Positions 57,565-64,000 of a stretch of DNA of 64,000 bases are shown one piece after another. The notes beneath the pieces were generated by a model. The model was not told where the DNA came from, ran no database searches, and saw only the letters and a program-made list of their open reading frames with translations. Each line of letters starts with the position of its first letter. The stretch's first letter is position 1. The stretch spans positions 25,800 to 89,799 of the forward strand of contig JAOKFZ010000003.1 of the NCBI GenBank assembly GCA_028247315.1, read 5' to 3'. The position numbers and the translations under genes are program-made. The stretch comes from Bacteroidia bacterium (GTDB taxonomy: Bacteria; Bacteroidota; Bacteroidia; NS11-12g; UBA9320).

Positions 57565-58227
57565 ATGAATAACCGCTTGAAGCTAGTCATCCTGATCGTC
57601 CTAATTACCGGAACTTTGTTGAGCTATAACCATGCGATGAAACACTACTATATTGCAAGTGGTGGTATTCAAAAATATGACCGAGCAGAGATATACATTC
57701 AAGCAGGACACGAAGGCAGAACACGAGGTGCTACTGGGACCTCCGGACCATACGGTAACGAGATAGACTGGACTCCAATTGTAGCAGATGAAGCTACTCA
57801 TATACTAGAAGAAGCAGGCATTACTGTGATACGTAGCAATGCCGATAGAAGAAAATACAGCATCGTAGACTTAGCACTCTCAATACATTTTGATGGTTGT
57901 ACTACACAATGCGGTAGTGGGGCTTCTATAGGCTATGATGATCATACCGATAAGCCTGCTGCGGACGAGTGGAAAGCTCTCTACTCCAATTACTTTAAGC
58001 ATAAATGGCACAAGGATAATTTTACAAAAAACCTCAGTAATTACTACAACTTTAAATACACCATAACGCGAGACGCTGAGTTGGTACTTGAGCTTGGAGA
58101 TCTCACTTGTCCAACACAAGCAAAATGGATGAAAAATAACCTGAAGAACCTTGGAAATATTGTAGCCTACTTTGCAGCCAAACGCATTGGCAAAGAGCAT
58201 CTTATCAAGAAGCCTTATACCTCATAA
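57565..58227 (+). CDS. N-acetylmuramoyl-L-alanine amidase-like (Amidase_3-like) protein
   Basis: Putative Zn ligand pattern AGHEG...NEIDW...SIHFDG, with an N-terminal TM/signal anchor. Confidence 0.5.
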   Translation: MNNRLKLVILIVLITGTLLSYNHAMKHYYIASGGIQKYDRAEIYIQAGHEGRTRGATGTSGPYGNEIDWTPIVADEATHILEEAGITVIRSNADRRKYSIVDLALSIHFDGCTTQCGSGASIGYDDHTDKPAADEWKALYSNYFKHKWHKDNFTKNLSNYYNFKYTITRDAELVLELGDLTCPTQAKWMKNNLKNLGNIVAYFAAKRIGKEHLIKKPYTS

Positions 58228-58462
58228 GAAAACTACTCGTTATCGTTTTGGTGTAAAGAAAAGGGCACCAAATCGACTAATATGCTAACTGCTTAGCCTA
58301 TGTCCTTAGTCAGCCATCCAACTCGCAGAGTTAAAAAAATTCTCTGTGCAATATTACTGGTAGCTACCGCAGGAAAGACATTTCAAAACCCCACTGTAGA
58401 CTCTCGGTCTACGTCCAACAAAACACTTAAAAATAGATTAGACAACTATTGCTGTCTAAATT

Positions 58463-58492
58463 AAAAAAAGGGGAGCAATTGCTCCCCTTTTT
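58463..58492. terminator. Bidirectional rho-independent terminator (A7-GGGGAGCAATTGCTCCCC-T5)
   Basis: Perfect palindromic stem flanked by A and T runs, 22 nt downstream of the OmpA-family gene stop. Confidence 0.75.
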
Positions 58493-58513
58493 CAATTTAG
58501 TTTTTGGTGTGTC

Positions 58514-60019
58514 CTAGTAAACTAATTCAAAGTCTACGCGTCTGTTCAGAGCTCTGCCTGCTTCAGAACTATTTTCAGCTATTGGCATAGTTTCGCCATA
58601 TCCTATGGCTGTCATTCTATCTCTAGATATACCATGAGAAGCAAGATAACGTTTTACAGCATCTGCTCTATTTTGAGACAGTTCTTGATTGGCAACCTCG
58701 TCACCTTTGTCATCTGTGTGACCCTCTATCTTAACCATCGCCTTACCATACTCTTGCAATATCGAACTTAGTTGATCTAAGTTGGCAAAAGACTCCGCTT
58801 TAATAAGATCCTTACCGCTTTCAAAGAAAATACCTTTTGCCGCTAATCTTATTTGCTCTTTCACCTCTTCTTTGATCTCTGGACATCCTTTGTTTGCAGC
58901 TATACCTGGAGTCATTGGACACACATCTAGGTGGTCATACACGCCGTCTCCGTCACTGTCTGGGCAACCTTCACCCGCTGCAGTACCCGCTTTAAATGGG
59001 CATCTGTCTTTGCTGTCTTCTATACCGTCTTTGTCAGAGTCTGGGCAACCTGCAAACTCTTTTATACCTCGCACAGTCGGACATTTGTCGTCTGAATCTT
59101 CGATACCGTCACCATCCGTATCTGGACAACCACCAAAAATGGCTAAACCTTTTACGCTTGGACATTTATCTTCCTCGTTTACAATGCCGTCACCGTCATC
59201 ATCTAATGAGCATCCTGCAGTATCTACGTCATATCCTTCTGGAGTGTTAGGACACATATCAAAATCATCTGAGATACCGTCACCGTCAGCATCCTTGATT
59301 TTATAAGAAGACCCTCCATTATTACCAAAATTAAATGCTAGGCCAACTGAGTGGTATAAGAAAATGTCATGTAATGGCTTATTGCCTTCTTGTGCACTGT
59401 TTAGTTTGGCTCCAGCTACGACCCAAGGAGAAGCATCCATATTATCATCAAATGTATAATTGATTTGCTCGCTAACTACGAGGTCCAACGCATCTGAAAT
59501 AGCAAATTTAAATCCTGCTCCAGCATTCCAAGCAGAGGAAATCCACGTTCTATTTTGAGAGTATCCTTCGGGGACAGTAAACTCAGTAAATTTAGATATA
59601 GATTGAGTCACGCCCCATCCAGCTCTTATAAAAGGCTTCAGACGAGCGTCTTCAGCTAAAATGTAACCATTAGCAAACTTGTAGGTTACTCCTAACATAC
59701 CTTGAAGCACTCTTGCTCTAAATCCTACTCTTCCTGATGTAGCAAGCTCATTACTATAGGCCGTCTTGTAGAAACCAACATCGCCTGAAGAACCGTAGAT
59801 ATTTACATCGAATGATGAGTTTAAATAAATACCAAAAGCACCTCCAAGTCCTTGGTAGTCTGGGCTATTCTTAAAATATAGCGATGAACCCAAATCTCCA
59901 TGATACTCTAATAAACCTCCATTAATTTCCAGACCAAACTTCTTATTGTGCGATTGAGCAAATGAAGCTGAACTGAAAATAAATAGGGATAAAGCAAACG
60001 TCAGTATTTTTTTATTCAT
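58514..60019 (-). CDS. OmpA family outer-membrane protein with thrombospondin type-3 repeats
   Basis: N-terminal barrel. Five Dx(D/K)xDGxxDxxDxCP repeats (DADGDGISDDFDMCP, DTDGDGIEDSDDKCP, ...). C-terminal OmpA domain (GHTDDKGDEVANQELSQNRADAV...NRRVDFELV). Confidence 0.85.
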   Translation of the reverse strand: MNKKILTFALSLFIFSSASFAQSHNKKFGLEINGGLLEYHGDLGSSLYFKNSPDYQGLGGAFGIYLNSSFDVNIYGSSGDVGFYKTAYSNELATSGRVGFRARVLQGMLGVTYKFANGYILAEDARLKPFIRAGWGVTQSISKFTEFTVPEGYSQNRTWISSAWNAGAGFKFAISDALDLVVSEQINYTFDDNMDASPWVVAGAKLNSAQEGNKPLHDIFLYHSVGLAFNFGNNGGSSYKIKDADGDGISDDFDMCPNTPEGYDVDTAGCSLDDDGDGIVNEEDKCPSVKGLAIFGGCPDTDGDGIEDSDDKCPTVRGIKEFAGCPDSDKDGIEDSKDRCPFKAGTAAGEGCPDSDGDGVYDHLDVCPMTPGIAANKGCPEIKEEVKEQIRLAAKGIFFESGKDLIKAESFANLDQLSSILQEYGKAMVKIEGHTDDKGDEVANQELSQNRADAVKRYLASHGISRDRMTAIGYGETMPIAENSSEAGRALNRRVDFELVY

Positions 60020-60070
60020 GATTAATTATTGATAGATTGTGCAAGCAATATTACACTAAATTGGCACAAC

Positions 60071-60999
60071 TTAAAAATATTTTTCCTGTTTCAACTCCAA
60101 AACCCTGTTCCCTTCGCTACAATTTTTGCAAATATCAATGCTACTCCTGCCCGTAAGTGTTTTTCTTCCAATAGACACTGTTCAGCTCCTTTCCAAATGG
60201 CATGAAATAGCATTTTTTCAATTTCAACTGTTCTAGCAGGTGGTATCCTTATTAAAACAACAGGTCACAATCTTACCATCCCAAGTGACAATACAACCCT
60301 GCCACATACGCCAGCAATGACTCAGCAGTTCATTTTGAATTTTATATTTCAGCCCATCCTTTTCGTAGCGAGCATACTTTGGATTTTTTGGTAAAAAGCT
60401 ACTTCCTTCTTCAAAATTGTAAATCTAAGCAGCTTTCAGAGTTAGGTCGTCAACATCAGCCTCTTTGGCGAGTTTTTGTATTTCCTTTATCCCACCCTCA
60501 TTGTGCCCAATGAGGATGAATTGCCAGATGATAAATGGCTTCTAGTGGCTGTTTACCATTTTACCCTATTCTTAGTGCCTTCTACACCTTCTTAACGCTA
60601 CTACCAATTCTATATTCAGCATAGCATTCGTTTTGCACCGTCAATGGATATAATGATTCTGCTCAGTCTGCCGTCTTCTTGCCGTTCACGTCAGTCATAT
60701 AGTGACATTGGTACTAGTAGCTGTATATATATTATGCTGATTAGCATAGCTAACCATATCCGTAAAATCCTTGTTGAGGTATGGCTCACACTGAAAATAA
60801 TAGGTAATATAGGTCAACTTACGATGCAATTGGTCTTAGGTTCTGATGATGTTGACACCGTAACACCGCGATGGTAATTCTGCTTGAAAATTTTACTGAG
60901 ATGATAGGATGTAAATATACGCAAAGCGTTCCATAGTCTAAGTAGCTGCAGCGTATTGAGATACACCATTCCATCTACTATTTGTACCTTGGTTCCCAA
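60071..60999 (-). pseudogene. Degraded radical SAM/SPASM-domain protein gene
   Basis: Minus-strand fragments lie in three frames, separated by stops: ...SSEPKTNCIVS*, YFQCEPYLNKDFTDMVSYANQHNIYTATSTN, LIGHNEGGIKEIQKLAKEADVDD, SHCWRMWQGCIVTWDGKIVTCCFNKD, IDICKNCSEG. The CxxxCxxC cluster-binding segment is missing. Confidence 0.65.
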
Positions 61000-61000
61000 A

Positions 61001-61480
61001 TTACATCAGGTATTTTTTTTTTGTATAATAGTAAATTGACACTGCAGCAGTAAATAGTATATACGTCACATTGAACAACCAGCCAATCATACCAAACCCA
61101 AAGGTATAAAACGCTGCTAATATGCCAACTGCCATCCCGCCTAAAAAAAGGTGAAATCCAATAAATTTTCCATTACGAAGCAATGCAATACCAAATAGGG
61201 ATACAATACATCCTATCAGTCGATAAAGGCTCTTTTGTCGGTACACGTTTGGAACTAGCTTGTTTTCTAGTTGCTCATTAAATCCTTCAAACCTACTTTG
61301 CATTTCTGGGACATCCTCATAGGCCAGCTGTTGTTGGCTAAAAGCAGTCTTTAGGTCTGCCCTCAATAGCTCGGAGTCTTTATTTGCATTGGTATAGCCC
61401 GAATAGTTGCTTACTGTCATTACAGAAAGAATTACGGTGAGTATTATTCCAATTATTTTATATGACCTACTTTGCTCCAT
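61001..61480 (-). CDS. Hypothetical membrane protein
   Basis: 159 aa, N-terminal TM segment plus about 3 C-terminal TM segments. No family recognised. Confidence 0.45.
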   Translation of the reverse strand: MEQSRSYKIIGIILTVILSVMTVSNYSGYTNANKDSELLRADLKTAFSQQQLAYEDVPEMQSRFEGFNEQLENKLVPNVYRQKSLYRLIGCIVSLFGIALLRNGKFIGFHLFLGGMAVGILAAFYTFGFGMIGWLFNVTYILFTAAVSIYYYTKKKYLM

Positions 61481-61815
61481 TATTCAGTTCGCAAAGTAAT
61501 AAAAAAGATCTTTCCACGGTGACGAATGATAGCTGTATTTTTAAGTAATATTTCCGTTTCTCTCTGGCCATAGCCCGCAATACGTTCCGCATCAAAATTA
61601 TCAAATGCTAAGCGGAACGCTTCTCTTTTTTTGAGAATCGTATACCAACTTAGTCCTGCTTGAAAGGTCTCCAAAACAAGCATCTCAAAAAGCACGGCAT
61701 CATCGTGTACAGGCACACCCCACTCCTCGTCATGATAATGTACGTAGAGGTCGTCTTTAAGTCACCATTCACATCTTTTCTTACCATCTCGTGGATCATA
61801 TGTCACCTTTTTCAT
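61480..61815 (-). pseudogene. tag: DNA-3-methyladenine glycosylase I gene with an in-frame stop and 3' truncation
   Basis: The ATG at 61815 encodes MKKVTYDPRDGKKRCEW-TGA(61762..61764)-LKDDLYVHYHDEEWGVPVHDDAVLFEMLVLETFQAGLSWYTILKKREAFR... Reading ends after ~110 codons, where Tag proteins continue for roughly 75 more residues. Confidence 0.65.
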
Positions 61816-61829
61816 ATTGAAGTGATCGC

Positions 61830-63338
61830 TTAAAATTGAAAATATATGAAGGGCTGTATATCTGCACTAGTAGCTTGGTATATGCCAAATACTACCAGTA
61901 CAAAAATCAGTATTTTTACATACATTGGGGCCTCCGTAAACCACCATTGCAGCCTATTTTTGAGGCTGCTCGGAAGCATATGGACCACATAACCTGTAAG
62001 CATGAGTGCAAAAACCTTCCAATATGCGACTATGCGAGAAAATATTCCGCCAAAATCAAAATCTGTAAAAATAATAGAAACCATAGCGTCTACCGTTGCC
62101 ATATCTGATGCTCGAAAGTACATCCAAGAAAAAGCCACAAAATGAAATGTTATAATCACCGCAACTACTTGTCCTACTCTGGTGGTAGCCATATTGAAAC
62201 GCTTGGCCCACATGCGGTGCACAGCTAACCCTGCACCATGCAGTGCTCCCCACACGATAAACTTTGTTGCGGCACCGTGCCAAAGGCCTCCTAACAGCAT
62301 GGTGATAATGAGGTTTACATACGTTCGTATTTTACCTTTACGATTACCCCCAATAGAGATGTAAAGGTAGTCACGGAGCCATGTACTCAGGGAAATATGC
62401 CATCTCCTCCAAAAATCGGTAAGACTTTGAGACTTGTAAGGACCATTAAAATTAACAGGCAGCTTGAAACCCAAAAGTGCTGCGAGTCCTATAGCAATAT
62501 CTGAGTATCCAGAAAAATCACAATAAATCTGAATACTGTAACCGTATACCGCCATAAGATTCATAAATCCACTATATACCTCAGGCGTATCAAATACACG
62601 GTCTACAAAATTTACACTGATATAGTCGCTGATTACGACCTTCTTGACTAAACCTGCCATAATTAAGAATACAGCAGTACCAAACCCACTGCTGCTAAGG
62701 TAATACGGTCGTTTTATCTGTGGCAAAAACTCTGATGCTCGTACGATAGGTCCTGCCACAAGCTGCGGAAAAAAACTTACAAAAAAGGCAAAATCAAAAA
62801 TATTACCGCACGGTTTCAATCGCCCACGATATATATCTATGCTATAGCTCAGTGTCTGGAAGGTGTAAAAGGAAATACCTACTGGTAGTATGATGTCATT
62901 AACGTCAAAACCTGTCCCAAAGGTACCATTTGAGAATGCCGCTAAAAAGTTGATTGTCTGGAAATTTGTATCTAACCAACCATTTATGCTATCCACAAAA
63001 AAGTAGGCGTATTTGAAAAATGCGAGTAACCCAATATTTGTAGCTAAACTAATATGTAGGTAGAGTCGTTTCTTCCATTTTTGTTTTGCCACATATATAC
63101 CAAAACCCACTCCATAATCTACAAACGTACTAAACAGTAGGAGACAGAAGTAGAAGCCACTGCACTTGTAATAGAAGAAAAGACTGAATATTAATAAATA
63201 GAGATTTCTTGTGCGGACATGTTTATTTAGAAGCGTATAACCTCCAAACATTAGCGTAAATAAGAACAGAAAAAAATACTGATTGAAAAGCAATGGTTGC
63301 TTAGCTGAGTAACCGAATATTTCCTCCAAACTAAACAT
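61830..63338 (-). CDS. MBOAT family O-acyltransferase (AlgI/DltB-like)
   Basis: 502 aa polytopic protein. FWRRWHISLSTWLRDYLYISIGGNR...GGLWHGA contains the MBOAT His motif. Confidence 0.9.
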   Translation of the reverse strand: MFSLEEIFGYSAKQPLLFNQYFFLFLFTLMFGGYTLLNKHVRTRNLYLLIFSLFFYYKCSGFYFCLLLFSTFVDYGVGFGIYVAKQKWKKRLYLHISLATNIGLLAFFKYAYFFVDSINGWLDTNFQTINFLAAFSNGTFGTGFDVNDIILPVGISFYTFQTLSYSIDIYRGRLKPCGNIFDFAFFVSFFPQLVAGPIVRASEFLPQIKRPYYLSSSGFGTAVFLIMAGLVKKVVISDYISVNFVDRVFDTPEVYSGFMNLMAVYGYSIQIYCDFSGYSDIAIGLAALLGFKLPVNFNGPYKSQSLTDFWRRWHISLSTWLRDYLYISIGGNRKGKIRTYVNLIITMLLGGLWHGAATKFIVWGALHGAGLAVHRMWAKRFNMATTRVGQVVAVIITFHFVAFSWMYFRASDMATVDAMVSIIFTDFDFGGIFSRIVAYWKVFALMLTGYVVHMLPSSLKNRLQWWFTEAPMYVKILIFVLVVFGIYQATSADIQPFIYFQF

Positions 63339-63341
63339 CGT

Positions 63342-64000
63342 TTATTGGCCCTTATAGCCCTTCATTAGTGCATTATAGAGCATCTCTCCTTGTAACTCAT
63401 AGCCTTTTACAGTGAAGTGAATTAAGTCTGCTCTGGCTAGCTCATCGTTTTTCCAATCTACAATAGCATTTTTGCCACCCATAGATTTATATAGATCCCA
63501 TACTGCAAGATCCTCTTCTAATGCCAGTTCTAACATAGCATCTCGCAACGGAGCTACATTCTTGCTTGGATACTTTCTGTTCAGGTAATGGTCTGGAGGT
63601 GTAGTCAGCAGTATAGCTGTATCGGGATTTTTATTCCTTATCCTTTTTATTAACGTACGGTATTCTTCTTTGAGACATTTCACACAAAAATTAGATGAGG
63701 AAGTATAGCTATCGTTTGTTCCAAAACTGATGATAACCAATGAAGCATTAAGGTCATTTATCTGCTCTTCGAAGTACTTGCTACGAAGATACTGAGAAAC
63801 AGTACTACCATTAATACCCATTGCGTGATACAATACGCCTGGTTGGCTGTTTTCTAAGACCAAACCCTGCAACTCTGGCAAGGTGTCTGTGTCATAGCCA
63901 GGCCTGAACATTAGCCTATCTTGCAATTCATCAAAGTAAATCACCGTATGTCTATTTTCTTTACCAGTCAAATAATTACCAATGACCTGTTCAGGTAAAA
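63342..64000 (-). CDS. SGNH/GDSL-type hydrolase partner of the MBOAT (5' end outside the window)
   Basis: The ORF is open to the window end. ISFGTNDS block and a C-terminal DLIHFT block (SGNH blocks III/V-like). Located 3 nt upstream of the MBOAT gene. Confidence 0.6.
   Translation of the reverse strand, partial: LPEQVIGNYLTGKENRHTVIYFDELQDRLMFRPGYDTDTLPELQGLVLENSQPGVLYHAMGINGSTVSQYLRSKYFEEQINDLNASLVIISFGTNDSYTSSSNFCVKCLKEEYRTLIKRIRNKNPDTAILLTTPPDHYLNRKYPSKNVAPLRDAMLELALEEDLAVWDLYKSMGGKNAIVDWKNDELARADLIHFTVKGYELQGEMLYNALMKGYKGQ

Noticed and set aside
58782-59306. 174-aa plus-strand ORF inside the OmpA/TSP3 gene.
   Set aside because: It is an antisense reading of the repeated thrombospondin-type-3 codons, giving an S/P-rich repetitive artefact.
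61762-61764. In-frame TGA in tag considered as selenocysteine or a reassigned codon.
   Set aside because: TGA terminates other well-supported genes in the window. I noticed no SECIS-like hairpin, and the gene is also 3'-truncated. A pseudogene is the simpler explanation.

Overview
This is a 64-kb AT-rich chromosomal segment that reads as Bacteroidota, probably Flavobacteriia-like. The evidence is TAnnTTTG-type -7 boxes close to many start codons, no obvious Shine-Dalgarno leaders, and seven proteins ending in type IX secretion (T9SS) C-terminal sorting domains. I call about 65 protein-coding genes, one tRNA-Ser(GGA), several clean rho-independent terminators and four probable pseudogenes.

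The backbone is housekeeping: metK fragment, glmS, a fused E1 dehydrogenase, oligopeptidase B, acs, menB, thioredoxin, xth, radA, panD, tdk, an RfaE-II-type adenylyltransferase, Mrp/NifU, ExbB-ExbD-ExbD and a polyprenyl synthase. Accessory surface and secreted genes are interspersed.

Most notable observations:
1. A tightly coupled operon whose three products (aryl-sulfotransferase-like propeller, CotH kinase-fold plus lamin-tail domain, Reg_prop propeller) all carry T9SS sorting signals.
2. A diverged duplication of about 210 bp (signal peptide, 5' leader, promoter and the first codons of the divergent gene) shared by that operon and a nearby stand-alone lamin-tail T9SS gene. It leaves a ghost uORF in front of menB.
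3. A TetR-paaA-paaBCD phenylacetyl-CoA epoxidase cluster split by a T9SS cargo gene, with no paaE in the window.
4. A secreted protein built from about ten 27-residue YD-like/DxDxDG repeats (81-bp DNA period).
5. Gene decay: a radical SAM/SPASM pseudogene, a tag pseudogene with an in-frame TGA, a comEC stub, and a homopolymer-frameshifted secreted protein.

I found no CRISPR array, prophage, integrase, transposase or recognisable defence system. I cannot point with confidence to a novel multi-gene system; the T9SS-exported ASST-like/CotH/propeller module is the best candidate. All domain calls were made by eye from the translated ORFs and the DNA, and no searches or computations were run.
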